A stretch of DNA of 64,000 nucleotides from Takakia lepidozioides (lineage: Eukaryota; Plantae; Bryophyta). Positions 13,929 through 27,800 of the stretch are shown piece by piece (position 1 is the stretch's first letter; the number at the start of each line of letters is the position of its first letter). The position numbers and the translations under genes are program-made. The DNA lies in contig CM060732.1 of assembly GCA_030704615.1 (NCBI GenBank), positions 82,894,001 through 82,958,000 on the forward strand, given 5' to 3'. Below the pieces are notes generated by a model. It saw only the letters and a list, made by a program, of their open reading frames with translations. It made no database searches and was not told the DNA's origin.

Positions 13929-14830
13929 TCAAAGCAAACACGTGGCAAACCATTCACTAAAATCAAAAGAGTAGTCAGCAGCCTGCACCATGGCAACAAT
14001 AGTGATGATAGGCACAATGCCTTGCCAAATACAACATTTCACTCGCGGAGTAGCGGTGTTAAGTTCATGGTTTCCATTTAAGAACCTAATATTATCAATA
14101 ATGGGTCCATATCTCTCCGACATGCTCTCGAATCTAATATTTGTCATTGCTCTAGATCGCACATAAAGCATACTGTAGGATTTCCATGTGATCTGTTTTT
14201 CTGTGTCTGTGGAATTATAGTGAGTTTGGTAATATTCGTAATTTGACGCCTTGGTAGGATCGGCTCCATATGAAGAAACCCTTATATCCCCATTTGCATT
14301 TATCATTGAATCTGGATTTCTGGCCATTTGCCATTGACCCAACAGCACACAAGGTTCTATCACGACCACACTGGCTGTAAATCCGGGTAATGGCAAACAA
14401 TTTACTACCAGGATTGTTCAAGTGGACCATAAAATTATTCGTTGGGGCATTTTTTTACATCTGGCCAACCAGGGGGTTTCTGGTAGGTGTTAGTGTTCAA
14501 TATTTGTACACCGAGACCCCCGATCACCCAATTGGTGAGAGGGGTAGTTTGTGTCATATTAGTTACATCACACGTAGTTACTAGTTATGGATGCATTTGT
14601 GTTTGTGATATTTACCAATTCAAAGCCCCCATTTGTAAATGAAATGATGTTACTGCTTGAAGTGTTCCCAAATGTGAGGATGGTTGAACTTCAACCCAAT
14701 CGGGATTGATTAAATCGGCATCCTCGCACATTGTTGTGCTTGGCCAATACATTGTCAATATAAATACAACACCGACAACCATCATAGACGTCTGTGACCT
14801 CATCTTCAAATATTGTCTGCAATGCACCCA
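13929..14830 (-). pseudogene. Probable DUF642-like (galactose-binding fold) secreted protein, frameshifted
   Basis: Hydrophobic N-terminal segment (MMVVGVVFILTMY), MVHLNNPG, a C-terminal ..ITWKSYS...TNIRFESMSERYGPIIDNIRF resembling the DUF642 GPxIDxV end motif, and a hydrophobic tail. Frames do not join cleanly. Confidence 0.45.
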
Positions 14831-17800
14831 ACCTTCATGTGTGAGATATCCATACATATACCATCATTTTGTGATTTTTATCATGGGCAGTTAGACATGG
14901 ACATTATTGATCAACGTAGATGAATTGCTTTTTAGTGGTTGTTGTCTCTTAAGGAAATGATCAAATATACTCAAAAAAAACTTCAATAAGTTTCATTAAT
15001 GTTATACTGACTTAGATCAAAGAAATGTGGTCTACCAAATTTTTTAATGATCCAACGCTACATTATGTATCTCTATAGTTTTATGAAAATATAGTCAAGT
15101 GTTTAGATGACATATGTATATGTATACTACATGAGAAATAATTGGTATAACCATAATTGTGTGGTTCTCATTGTTTCACAACAAAATCACTTATAAAGAT
15201 CTATTAGCTAGTGGCTAGAAATAACATTGATGGTTCGTTTCATGATCTTTGTGAACAAGCAAATTAAGGATGTTTCTTACTTGACATTCAAAGAGGAAGA
15301 CCTTCTCGTCCACACAATTTGGTTGGTCTTAGACCCCATTGTTGCGGCCTGATCAGCAAAAAATCATAGGCAAATCAAATGCCTTAATAAAGCCTCATGT
15401 CATGTCAACATGTGTCATAAGATAAAGATTTGTCATTTTTTGTGATGCTACCAATGGACATGTATATTTTCGTATAATTGTATAAAAGATTTTTATTTTA
15501 TTTTTTATTTTTATTTTTTTCTGGTAGATGATTAATTTAGTCGATATGATGTTTCTTTCAAGTGTGTGGCAGTAGTTTGTTATTTGTCTCATCAGATTTA
15601 TATTATGCTAGTCAGAAGAAAGAAAGAATGTGATCTACTTCCATCAATGGTTACAACAATTAATCTTTCTATTGGGAGTAAATTTTGTCAATTTTGCCTT
15701 ATAAATATGCTCGGTCTTATCAACTGGTACACTAAAAAGACCGAAATATAGCTTAAAAACTGTTGTAAAACAGAAAGGAGCAAGTTACTTCTATGTCAGA
15801 TGTCCCTTTGTGGTTTAGTAGCTTATTCTTTCTATCTTTTATTTATAATACTTTATAGAAGTTTTTAGTTGCTCTCTTTGGAGAGGGCCGGGAAAGAGCA
15901 ATATGCAGATCTTATATAGCTATACACTACTTCTATTTCCTTGCAATACGACATCCATTGCTTCCTCTTTTCCTCTTCGCAAAATCTTGAAACTCATCTA
16001 ATTATCATATGAAGAAAGATGGACCGAGCTTCTTATATGTTTCACTCTTTGAATCTAATTCCCAAGTTCTGTACAATTTCTTAGTGGATGGCCTAAAAAT
16101 GACTGGACGTGAGGTTTGTTCTAGATCTTTCTCAATGTAGTATAACTTATGATTGTAAATTTCATTATAATCATCACTTGTACACCTTTTGAAAATTGAT
16201 CTTTTGCTCAAGTGTGACTAATAGGCCTCTCTACATCCACTTAGACAATATATCCAAACTCTTCGTCTCAATGTCACATGAAAATTTTCTATAGCTATAT
16301 TACACTATCTCTTCTCTTTTACTTTGTCTATATCGACTATCAAATACACAAATACATCACTAGCATATACATCTCCATCTATTTCTCCAACAAATAAATA
16401 TATGCAGAATAATGTATACAAGGAATCAAGGTGTGTAGTAAGATATATAGGAGAGAGTGGGAGGCTTTGAACTCAAGAGCGAGTAGAATAGAGCTCAAAG
16501 AAATGGAGGTTGACACCACGGTGTTCACATGAAGTTCAAAATGTATCCATCCACCATTCATTCATCCCCATTTTGTCATCAATCCGCTACTTAACACGAT
16601 TCATTTTTGGTTTTGGTGAATTGACTAGTACTCTCTGTTTACGCATTCCGCAATTTGCCAGCCACCCACAATATATCCATAGTTTATCTCAAAATTTTAT
16701 TATTGCAAACAGATGTTTAGACCTCATTTACACGTAGGTCAAAATTCGAAGCCAATTATTTGCAAAATATTCTTTATGAAATTTACTGCTACATCCAATC
16801 ATCCATCTAATAAATTTCACACGACGAAGATTCTTCACTAATGTATTGAATTAAATTGGCAGATAGCCAAACACAATTTTCTACTCTAAAAATATGCCAT
16901 ATTTGGTGGGTGGAGTAGTTGTAACTTCTCCGTTTGTTGTAACGATCCATGATCTCTTCATCTTCTCTTTCACCTCTTCAAATCTAAAGTACCAATTCAT
17001 CAAAAATCATTGTATGTTTGCAATGTCCATAGCAGTGGGTAATTTTGTTATCACTTTAAATACAAGAATAATAAATAAACAATTTAATTGTAAGTACAAA
17101 CTGCTGAAATATTAAAAACTATCCTTAGTTCAAAAGAATATTTGAACAAAAAATAGCATCCTGACTGATTTTGAGCCTACCCCAAATTAGAAAATAGAGT
17201 TTGGCGCCAAATTTATCAAGCTCCATGCATACTCGAAATAGGTTGCGAAGATGTTTTATCCAAGCATCTACTACATTGTTCTAGGACCAAATTGGTGGAA
17301 ATAAAATATACTTTGTCATGTGACCCAATTTTGTAGATTCTATTTAACACACTTATCAATTTCAGCTGTTTTGCTTTCATCTTTTCATCTACATAAAATT
17401 TTGTGCAACATAATGTGGAATGGAACTGTTTAAATTAGAAAAAATAGGAACAAATGCCAAAGATATGTCCACCATGTTCTTATTCCAAGAATATCATTTC
17501 ATCTTTTAAATCATCTTTCTAATGTAAATATATAACATAATAGTGTAGAAAAATAAATATAAACAATGATTGTCTTTATTATTATTGTAATATATCTTGT
17601 GCGTATATAATTTATATGATCTCTAGAGCTATAACTACCAAAATTTATCATCCAAAAAATGTTGGTCACAAGAAAAAAAAAAAAAACCTATATGACATAA
17701 CCAACGACTATATTTGATACAATAGTCTTATTATTAATATTATTTCTAGGAGAATTACTCATTGTCATTGATATACAATAAGAATGTTGTTAATGCTACT

Positions 17801-18199
17801 TCAGAGTTAAGATCGAAAGTGTGGATCACTATTTGATATTCTTGGATGCGGATGCATCGACCTCTTTTATCACAAAAGAGCCCCTCATCATACATTTTTG
17901 TTTAGATTATTTTATTACTCGGGCTTCAGTTTGATCTAGGATAATAGTTTTGGAAATCAACAAAAATGATCATTTATGATTTCTCTGCCTACAAGGTTGA
18001 AACGGGATACAATTTGTTGCTACCGCACAACTCTATGGATATGAAGTCGTTTGTCAAATGGGCTCATATACAAATATCGCTCTATCATCATGTAAGACTA
18101 TTTTGTTTGATGTTTGAAAGAATGATGTAGGGCTGCTAAACTAAATGTCTTTTTTTGAAAAATACTCAACATGATTCTCTTTTTTTGTTCTTTTCGTCT

Positions 18200-18320
18200 T
18201 GGAGAACTCGACCTTGCGTGTGCTTTGCAATTTGCATAAGTCGATGGAGACCACTGAACACTGCCTCATCTTCTACAGCTTGTTGCGATTTTTTATACTA
18301 ACTTGGAGATATAATTTCCT
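18200..18320 (+). pseudogene. Old LINE C-terminal zinc-finger (zf-RVT-like) remnant
   Basis: RVLCNLHKSMETTEHCLIFYS resembles the CxxC..ETxEHL..C motif; the surroundings are heavily decayed. Confidence 0.35.
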
Positions 18321-20754
18321 CATCATTCCCTTATCCTTAAAATGCTAGGGCCCTGAGGAGTAGCTATCCAACTTGGGCAACTTTGAGACTGCATGTTAGC
18401 TCAAATATTTTGACAGTCAGATGGAGTTTCATTTTGTATGACAACCTACCTTGCTTGAGAGTATTATTTATGAGTTCAATTTAGACGATGTATTGATGAT
18501 CATAAGGCCTTGGAGGGTTCTTTGTGTAGTTTTTGTCGAAGTGCCAAAAGAATGAGAGAAATTTTTTTGTTGTAGGCTTTGACGTCTCATAGGGAAAAGA
18601 CGAACAGATCTGAGTCACAAGTTACCTAAAACGTCCGGTCTCCCATCATGCTAGAAGTTTGGGCTAAGTAATCACACCTCATGTGCACAGGGCAATGAGA
18701 TGTGATTAAGTGTAATGCTCAATATTCAAACTTACCAGGCGAAAGCGGGATAGTCGTTAAGTCCTTGATTATTGTGAACCTTTGCATTTTGCATTGAGGA
18801 TTCTCGGTCCTCTTTTGGTTTCAATTATTTATTTTTATTTATTTATTTGTTTGTTTGTTTATTTGTTTATTTTTAAAAGGGATGAGAGGCCCTGGAAATT
18901 TATTAAAAAGGGAAAAAATTAAACCCTTACATATTGCCATGAGGCTTAACACACGGGACCGTGTTGGAGATTCCAACGATCAGTGAACAGGGTAGAAAAT
19001 AGACCTGACTACGCATGCAGCCCTGGTAGACCCATCTATTATTGGTTGCAAGATTTGCCCATAGTACATAGAGCTAATCTGGGATTAGTTCATAGCAGTG
19101 AAAACCTCCATGAGAGAGAGGTGCCCTAGTGCAGAGGGAACCGAACGGAACGACGAACAGTAAGAGCACAGGCCAGAACGGCCAAGGAGCGAAACTCTGA
19201 AGATGTCTATCTGAGGAAGATCAACTTAGATTTAGATCCCCTCCTTATGTGCTTCCAGTTAATATTTGCCGAGTCCAGGTCAGGGGAGGCCGAAGACGTT
19301 GCCCCATCGGTGTTTCCAGAGTTCAGGTATGGAGTCTGCCCATGTACAGGAGTCCGTATCAATGATGCAACAAATGATTCCTCCTCTTCCCCAAGATACT
19401 CTGAAGGAGGCGAGGAGGGAATTTTTTCGTTCAGGTTTCCTATCTGCTTCTGCACATAGTTTTTGCCAGGCCAACTTAGCTGCAATAGTAACATCATAGA
19501 AAACACAAGCAAGGATTTCTGTACAAGAGGAGGAAGCATTGTTTAATGTCCATCTGCACCGAGCCTTCCAGATTTGCCACAGTGTTGCCGAGCGGAGGGC
19601 CTCAAATACTGGGCATGTGGACACCTTGGACTTGGTTGTTTGGTTGTAATTTAGCAGGAGGGCTATGGGGTCCTGAGCGTGTCCGACTAGACCCTGTAAA
19701 GTGACCATACCAAGGGCCAGATTTTTTACGGCCCTCTACAGAATAGAAGGCAGTGTTCCAAAGACTCAATAACCCCAATGGGGCAGCATCTGCAGAGTAG
19801 AGCCTCTTGGAAGTTCAGAAATTGCCCAACCTTTAAAACTCTATTTGCAGTCTGCCAAAGAAAGGCACTGAGTTTGGCTGGTTTTGATTTTTCCCAAATC
19901 AGAGCCCATATGCACTTCTAGTTTTCCTCTCTAAATTGGAATAAGCCCCATCTGTCGTCCCATTTTTTGGTTAGAGGCTTGGCCTTCAGCATCGCTCTGT
20001 AGGCACCTCTGGCCGTGTAAGAGAAGAAGGAGCAAATCATGTATCAAGGATGCTTAGGTGTCAGTTAGGATGGAAATGCGGCACCGCATTTCCATTGCCA
20101 TTTTGCCGGGTCGATTTGCAGATCCTGGATGGACTGGCCTCCTATCCATATGAAGGTTCCTGATCGTAACCATGGTAGAACCTGCGTGTTGGATGGTAGG
20201 GATGGATTAGAATCTTTGAGCTTAGAGTTCCAGTGGCAGATTCTGGTTGGTGGGGTGTTTGTAAATGGGATTGTGATGGAGTTGGATGAGTGCAGCGAGA
20301 GAGCACCCGTATACGGATGGGCCCTGAATGCGAAACCCACAAGGTTATCACGCGAGGCTTCCGTTATGAACATGACCTGAAAATGGTGATCACTTGTGGT
20401 CATCCACTGATAAAGAGACGGAGAGGATGGGCCCTGTCTGAGCATGTCTCTCCACGAGTCTGGAACTGATTGCAGAACTGAGGCTATACTGGCGGAGAGC
20501 CTTTGGGTGCCTAGAGTTCTAGAAAGAGATTCAGGGGTACTGAACCATAGATGGGAGATCACCTGTGAGAGCCCCCTTGCATCCCACCCTGCCCATCTTG
20601 TAGCTTGGCTCCTCTCCGCTGCTGATGGGACTAGCTTGTTGAGGAACAGGTGTTGCCTGAGCACTTCACAAAAAGAAGCAGACTCTCTTTTACGCAGGAA
20701 AGGTCTGCACTTCCCCCAAGCCAACCAAATAGAGGTCCAAAGGGAAGAGCCAAG

Positions 20755-21192
20755 AGCATACGCATGGAAAAACTGACAGAGAAACAGGGGGGTATTTGAC
20801 CTTTGCAACTGCTTCGACAGTAGAGCCCCAAAGGCTCCTTGGGGAGAATAGAACCGAAGGTCATAGGCCGCAGGTCTATATTCCTTCTTTCTTCGTTGTG
20901 CGCTTGTTACCCTCAGCCTTCATTCGCCCACCAACCGCTTCCGCGTGGTCTTACGCCGCTAACCATGCGTTTCATTCTTCTGAGCTAAGAAGTAAGCAAA
21001 ATATATATATATATATATATTTTTTTGCTTACTTCTTAGCTCTCCTAGGCCCCTTTTCATTCGATTCCCAGCCTCCCATAGTTCACGGAGGCAACAGGTT
21101 CCGCTTGATTCGATATGCTAGTAAGCATATCGAATCAAGGGCTTATAGTTTAATTGGTTCAAACGCACCGCTCATAACGGTGATATTGTAGG
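20755..21192 (+). other. Mitochondrial-derived insertion (NUMT) inside LINE ORF2
   Basis: Non-LINE segment between ..QGYRHKSP and GSSLWTSIW. It contains two long hairpins (gagctaagaagtaagcaaaa(TA)n..ttttgcttacttcttagctc and cttgattcgatatgct..agcatatcgaatcaag) and a mitochondrial-type tRNA start. The left boundary is approximate. Confidence 0.7.
21139..21192 (+). tRNA. trnI: Truncated plant mitochondrial-type tRNA-Ile(CAU) pseudogene
   Basis: GGGCTTATAGTTTAATTGGTTCAAACGCACCGCTCATAACGGTGATATTGTAGG covers the 5' acceptor strand, D arm and anticodon arm with CAT at 21173-21175. It stops before the TTC loop, so there is no 3' acceptor strand. Confidence 0.85.
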
Positions 21193-22203
21193 GGATTTAT
21201 GACGATAACCTTGAGTGATCCATCTTAGAGATGGAGACCATTGAGTGGTGCTCAGGGGTGAACTGAGGGAAATAGTACCCATCACCATAAGTTTCCACCA
21301 ACCTCCTTCTGGACTCAGGAATCTGGGGAGCCATTTTCCCAACAGGGCTTTGATCTGGGTTTCAGGATCCAAGACTCCGAGGCCACCCATTTTCTTGGGC
21401 ATTATTATTTGAATCCAAGAGACCTAGGGACGTTTGTTAGAGTCCAACGATTGGGCCCCCCATATAAAGTTTCTAATACACTTTTTGATTTCGTGGATGT
21501 GTTTAGAGCTGGGGCTCCAGGTTGAGGAGAAATACCAAATACCGGCCAAAAGGATCTAGTTAGCCACCAGAGCCCTCCCAGTAATGGAGAGGAACAGAGA
21601 GCCCCAGAAGGTTAGTTGCCCCTTCACCCTGGCTATAGTGGGACCCAGATGTTGGTCTTCAAAGAGATTAATCCTGAAGACGTGGCCCAAAAGGGTGGTG
21701 GACTCCCCTTCCTTGAGCCAGATCAAGCCCAAGTTAGCCCCCCATACTGGGGAGACCCCCAGACCTGATTTTGAAATATCTCCCACCAGAAGAGCCTTGG
21801 TTTTTGTCCAATTCACCCTGAAACCCGATACCTTGCAGAAGCTATCAATCGTGCACTGGGCCGCATGCAAGGCTGTTGGCTCAGCTTGAAGCAGGAGAAA
21901 AGTGTCATCTACAAACATATAATCTTTAATCTGAAGGGCAACATCAGCCGTGAAACCATGCATCTGAAGGCCTCTCACTACAGGGTTAACATCCAACATG
22001 TAACCCAAAGTATCTGCCACAAACAGAAAGAGGAAAGGCAAGAGAGGGCATCCCTATCGCACTGATCTCTGGAGGGCAAAGGGTTTTGACAAATGACCAT
22101 TAATAATTATAACCCTGCTGGAGCTGTTGCGGATAAGGATGTTTATCCACTTGCAAAATGAGGGTGGCAGCCCACATTTTTGCAGAACCGCCAGAAGAAA
22201 GAG

Positions 22204-23243
22204 TATATGATGAGGGTCTGCAATGTCATGTTGGGTCGCCCTCTCAGAGCCACCAAAAAGCTTCTGTAGCTTATAGGCATGCTCCTCATTAGAGATATCA
22301 CATTGTCTTCATCATTGATAGGTGATCCAGCCGTTGACAATTGCTCCAGTAATGATCGAAAGGCATGAATATGCTTTGTCATGCTCTCGTTCTCCCTCAT
22401 TTTAGTGTGGCAAGTTTATCACGCAGGTACATCTTAGTAATTGCATCCTGTGATTCAAACAACTTGGGCAACTCATCCCAAACCTCTTTTGAATTATCAA
22501 GAGAGCTTACATGAGACACTTGATTGTCTTCAAGGCAATTTGTTATTAGTGTGAGAACGAGAGCATCTTTTTCGTCCCACTCCCTTTTACTGCCAGCACC
22601 TGTGGCTGGCGTATGTATGATCCAGGAGTTGGTGGAGGAGTAATTGGTCTTACCAGCGTTCCATCCACCATATTGAAAAACTTTTCGGCTTTCAGAATTA
22701 ACCTCACTCGATGTTTCCATACATGAAAATATGTACTATCAAATTTGGTTACATTCCTAAGGTCAGTTGCTTTGAATTGAGTCATTTCTGTTTTTCCTCT
22801 CTCATTCTTTTAACACTCTAAAAGATCTAAGTAACTTGGCTCTGATACCATGTCTGATATAAGAGAGATAATACAAGAGTGTGCTTGAGAGAGATGAGAG
22901 AAGAAGTAAATCTCTTAATTAAAGAAGTGCTACCAAGCCTTAAATCCCTTCACACTGAAGAGGTGCAATCCTATGTAGAGTCATGTCCAAGTGTGATCTC
23001 TCACCTACTATCCAGTAAGATACTCTAGGCTATAACCCTGATCTATCATTCGCTGTACAGTTGATGCCATTGACCTGTTGGGGACTAGTGTAACTTGTGG
23101 GGTAGTTTGGGCTTGAAGGATCTCTTCTTTCGCCTTTGTGGTAGTCGATGCTTTGGGATTCTTTTGATTCCATTACGTCTGCGGACCTGAAACTAGCTTG
23201 TAGCGAGTCTGGACGCGTACTTGGCAAAGGCACCCCTGTTGCC
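22204..23243 (-). mobile_element. Ty1/Copia fragment (partial 5' LTR, PBS, gag) inserted in the LINE RT
   Basis: LTR ends ..CA at 22851, directly followed by the tRNA-iMet PBS TGGTATCAGAGC (22850-22839). Gag reads KFDSTYFHVWKHRVRLILKAE..WDEKDA..SKEVWDEL..MRENESMTKHIHAFRSLLEQL..LMRSMPISY. Confidence 0.88.
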
Positions 23244-24915
23244 AACCCACTTTGTCGAATGCCTTCTCAAAGTCAAGCAGCCAGAGTGCCAGCGCCTGAT
23301 TTGATGCGCTGGCGTATGCATCCGCCTCCTGGGCTAGTAGGACATTATCCAAAATATATCTGTCTTTTACAAAACCGGCTTGACCTGTTCTAATCAATGA
23401 AGGGAGAAGGGGCTGGAGTCTGAGAGCTAGGGCCTTGGCAATAATTTTATAGGCCACGTTAAGCAGCATTATGGGCCTATAATTATTTATGTCTGCTCTA
23501 TCCCCTTTTTTAAAAAGGAGAGTAATGACCCCTTGAGACATGGATCCTGGCATAGCACCTTTCCTGTGGATTTCATTTGCCATGTCACAAAACTCTTGAG
23601 CGATGCGAGGCCAGAAGGCCTTGTAAAACTCCATTGGCAGACCGTCAAGACCGGGAGTTTTACCCTTGCTCATTTGGTCCAGAGCGTCCTCCAGCTCCAT
23701 AGGGGTGAATTCTTTGGACAAGGGTTGGTCCTCCCCTTCCCTGTATTGACTGGGGGTAGATTGCAGGCATGCGTAAAGCAACTGGGCGCTGTCCACCCCC
23801 ACCGGTTCTGCTTGGAATAGGGAGCTGAAGTGCTTGAAAGCCATCCCACAGAGCGCCTTTGGTTTGGAAGATTTGTTGCCCTGACTGTCAATATATAACT
23901 CAGGAATGGTTTGCATGGCCCTTCTAAGCTTGGTTTTCTGAAAGAAATACTTAGACATTTTCTCTCCTTTGGCAGACCAATTGACCCCTGCTTGCATTCT
24001 CATTTTTTCCTGTTGTTGTTCCTGAAAGATCCCTAGATTGTATCGGGCCTCAAGGTAAGTCTGAAACGTATGGTCATCGCATGCGCGAGATTCGATTTTT
24101 GTTTTGCACACCTCAAGACATTTTTTAAGGGCTCTAACCTTCCTGGATCTGGCTGCAACAATGTCTTTACTAAGGATCTGGCTGCATCTACAGGTAGCGC
24201 CAGCTTAGAGGTAAATCTCTCTATGGGGCAGTTTAAATGGTTGCCTGAATTATGCCATTCATCCTTTAATGCCCGCATAAAGGATGGAATATTGAGAAGG
24301 GAGGAGTTTAGCTTGTAAATACCCCTACCTCTACGATGAGCGTTAGGGAAAGACAGCGAAGCCTCAATGAGGGCGTGATCAAAACCATGGGTAATGGGTT
24401 CCTGCGGCTTTCTAGTAGCATTGATGGATAAAGCCAGAGAGAGGTAAAATCCATCTAGGCGGGCCATACTGAGGTGTTCTAGTGCTCTATTGTTGGACCA
24501 GGTGAAGTGGGGGGAGGAGCCTAGATTAAGATGGGTGTCAGGGAGGATTTCTACTAGGCTGTGGGTTTGGAGGAGAGATTGCCATATTGCCTCTTCCTCC
24601 GGGTTGAGGGGTGTTGTCGCAGGACCTCTTATGTCAGAGTCATTCAACACCATATTGAAGTCCCCCCCTAGAACCCAATTGTTGATTTCCTTATGGCTGC
24701 AAATGTTTAAGTTAATCATCTCCCACAGGGCAGAACGATCCTTTGCATTATTAGGGGCATAAATGTTAACCAGGCCTATGGGTTCCGGGTCGGACGGGAG
24801 CAGCAGGGAGCAGAACTGGACTCTTCCCATCTCCCAAGTTTCATCTTTCACCAAAAATTGCCTAATGGAAGGGGAAAGGAGGATGGTTGTACCCCCCCTT
24901 GATCCTTCGGATGAA
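23243..24915 (-). pseudogene. LINE ORF2: AP-endonuclease C-part and RT N-part
   Basis: VNIYAPN, WVLGGDFN, FTWSN..ARLDGFY, FDHALI, KTPGLDGLPMEFY, LLFKKGDR..NYRPIMLLN and LDFEKAFDKV; one frameshift near 24100. Confidence 0.92.
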
Positions 24916-26187
24916 CACTACAACAGATTGCGGCTTTTATGACTCCCATGGGTGCGCAGTCATGACATATTTGTGGCAGAAATGTCGTTTCCAGTCGTAA
25001 AATGCTTTTGAAGTCATAATGCAGGTCTGGGGAAGGCGTATATGCGACTACATGGCTCCGGACTCTGCGCAACACAGGTCAAACATGTTTGACCACGAAT
25101 ATTGGCATGGCAGATACGACTACCAGTCACGGTCATGGCTACACTGGAATGACGTGTGCATATTGCTAGATAGACATATGACTTCATGACTCTCACTCTA
25201 ATGCATTCTGCCAGATCATCACGTGGATGAATCGCTACATGACTGCACGTGTCGACACATTCTTTTCTGGTTATATATATAATATATGAGTCTCCATTTT
25301 GAAAAAATGGAGACTCGACAACTAGAATGAATTTTGAAAAAATAAAAATAAAATCAAAGTGCAAAAAGATTTAAAAAAAAACACATCGGCTGGTAAGTGC
25401 ACCGCCTTGGTGGTTTGGGGTTCAAACCCGTTGCCCATATCGAGTGTGTGGGATTGTTCATGACGGTATGTCTGGGCATTGATCATCCTGTAGGTCTTAT
25501 GGCCCATAAATGAAGGCGGGTGAATTTTTCCCCCTCCTCAAGGGCCTGTGGTTTCCTTTAAGATTTTTATTTTTTTTTTAAATTTAAAAAAAAGGCTTTA
25601 AGGGTTTACAAAAAGGTTTAAAAACTTAAAAAGTTGCCCATCACGTAGCAGTGAACAGACTTAGAGCGAGCGGGAGGGAGAGAGAGAGAGGGCTGGGACT
25701 TAGAACGAGCGAGCGGGAGGGAGGGCAAACATGCATGGGAGGCCTGCAGTTGGAGCAACCTTCGCATCTGAAGCAAGCGTCCTAGAAATGCTAGGGTATG
25801 TGTCCGAGGAGGTTTCGACTGGGAACTCGCAGTTCTTGGGAGATTCAGCTTGGTCTTAGCAGGCCGTGTTTCAATCTCTACCCGCTCAGCTGCACCGTGG
25901 TGGTTCTGACAGACAAATCCGACATTACCTGACTACAGACACAAGCAGCACACACAAGAGGTCCTCTTGGGTTCATGGTCAGTCAAATCCTCCATGGGTC
26001 ATGACACAAGGTTAGGGTTTAGGGTCAAGAGAGGCTACCTTCGCTCCATTGTTGTAGTGGAGGTTGCTCCTCACAGCCACGTTGAAAAATTTGAGTACAG
26101 ACATTTGTTGATGTGTAATTCCTCTGGCAAACTGCTTGCAAGGTTTGTGACCAAAGGATGAAAATGTGGTATGCTTGGTTGGCGCAG

Positions 26188-26692
26188 TGCAACATCAAGT
26201 GGTTTCGAGAGTATGATAATATGACGGATCTTGGCGGGGATCGGTATTGGAATTTCATCTGGCGTAGTAAGGCTTTGTTCTCGTCTCCTTCCCAACTTTC
26301 ACTAGTGTCTACGAGAGCAGTGTTAGAAAATGGTTTTGTTTCATGGTTTAACCTCTATCATAGAGCCAAACGCAGTCAGTAACTTTATGCTTGAGATCAA
26401 TGCTGCTCAGTAATCCCTGAGCTTTTTAAGTAGTTAACCACATCATAGTAAACTATGAAGAGAACCATGTGACACCCTATGGTACCTTGCAAGTTGCTTG
26501 GGATATTTGTTGTTGCACCTCATATCCATGACATTGGAGCACAAGGCTGAGAAAGGGAGCACTGGGGTGGCAATGGCAGGTGTCTCCTACAGAGATCCGT
26601 GGTACACTGGGAACAGCGAACTAACTTTCCATCTGTGTGGGCATTCTGATGGCTCTTATTGTGGGGCTTCCCCTGAGTGGCAACCCTGCCTG
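26188..26692 (+). pseudogene. Captured exons of a plastidic glucose transporter (MFS sugar porter)
   Basis: 26188-26268 gives ATSSGFESMII*RILAGIGIGISSGV. 26580-26692 gives VSPTEIRGTLGTAN*LSICVGILMALIVGLPLSGNPAW and is bounded by AG and GT. Confidence 0.85.
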
Positions 26693-27663
26693 GTACTGAC
26701 TGGACACTGATGTGTTTGTGGACAGATGAAATATTCAAAGAACATGTGCAGCATGATTTGTTTCTGTATTCTAGTCTTTCTTGTCTTGAAGGTGAAGGGT
26801 TGCTTTAGGCCTTCCAGTCATATAGAGGCAGTTGACATTTGGTCCAGTTAGTTGGAAGGCATAGTATCTGTAATGGGCATTTGTGGTGGTCAAAATGGTC
26901 CTTTGAGTGAGTGCAAGGTAGACAATACTGGTGCTGGGTAAATGGTTGGTACATTGTTTCGCAAATTGAACATGTATTCAATCAAAGTTAATTGGATGCC
27001 GCTGTGAGACGTTGCCTTGTATGGAAATGGACGTCAGATTCTTTCTTTGGGGTGATAAAACAGGTGGCGTAGCATGTTTGCATTGGCTGCAGTGTCCTCC
27101 TTTGTTTGGGCATGGCATACACTCCAGAAAGCCCACGTTGGCTATGCAAGGTTAACTTCCATCCATATACAATGCATCTTGATTTTCTGTATCTTGTTGT
27201 TTTTGCAACAGGGTGACTATGCAGAGTTGGAATGTCGAACAACTCCAAACAGAGAATTGAGTCTAGAACAACAATTGTTGTGTAATGTGGCTATCACAAC
27301 AAATGATTCAACGGAATGATGCTGGAGTGTGCAGCAAGGGAGGATAGCAGAGGCAGAGACAACTGTGGGGCAAGGCAAAGTTTGAGGTGGCCTTGGCAGA
27401 CAGAGCACTACCCTAGCCAGTACAGACCCAGCCAGTCTGATTCACCCAACTATCGACTCTCTGAAGAAGAGTTCTACAACCAGCCTATCACAAATCCAAA
27501 CTACCTGAAGCATATCGGATTATATTAGATTAGATTTCCCGGCAGTAAGCAGTCCTTCCATATTGATCCGTCACCCATTGATTTGCAGCAAACTTATGTT
27601 GTGTAACTTCCAGAGATCCCTGGTGACATCATCAAATCTGCAATTGTACCAGATGTCATCCTG

Positions 27664-27800
27664 AACATTGCTCTGGTGGCCATGTATGCTAAATGTGGGA
27701 GCATCTAGGATGCCAAGGGAGTGTTCAACACTATGGCTGAACCAGATGTGGTGTCGTGGAATGCGATGCTTGCAGGGTGTGCAGAGCAGGAGCACGGGAT
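27664..27800 (+). pseudogene. Captured PLS-class PPR motif fragment
   Basis: NIALVAMYAKCGSI*DAKGVFNTMAEPDVVSWNAMLAGCAEQEHG. Confidence 0.9.

Larger units (their letters stand above)
19280..22203 (-). pseudogene. LINE ORF2 C-terminal half (RT 3' part and zinc finger), disrupted
   Basis: FLLAVLQKCG..INGHLSKPFALQRSVR*GCPLLPFLF, YMFVDDT, SGFRVNWTKT, PKKMGGLGV, LCRCCPIGVIESLEHCLLFC and LWQIWKARC; contains stops. Confidence 0.9.

Noticed and set aside
15800-17500. AT-rich region with short ORFs, possible Helitron or old TE
   Set aside because: No recognisable motif, terminus or hairpin could be supported.
21139-21192. Functional tRNA gene
   Set aside because: Lacks the T loop and the 3' acceptor strand.
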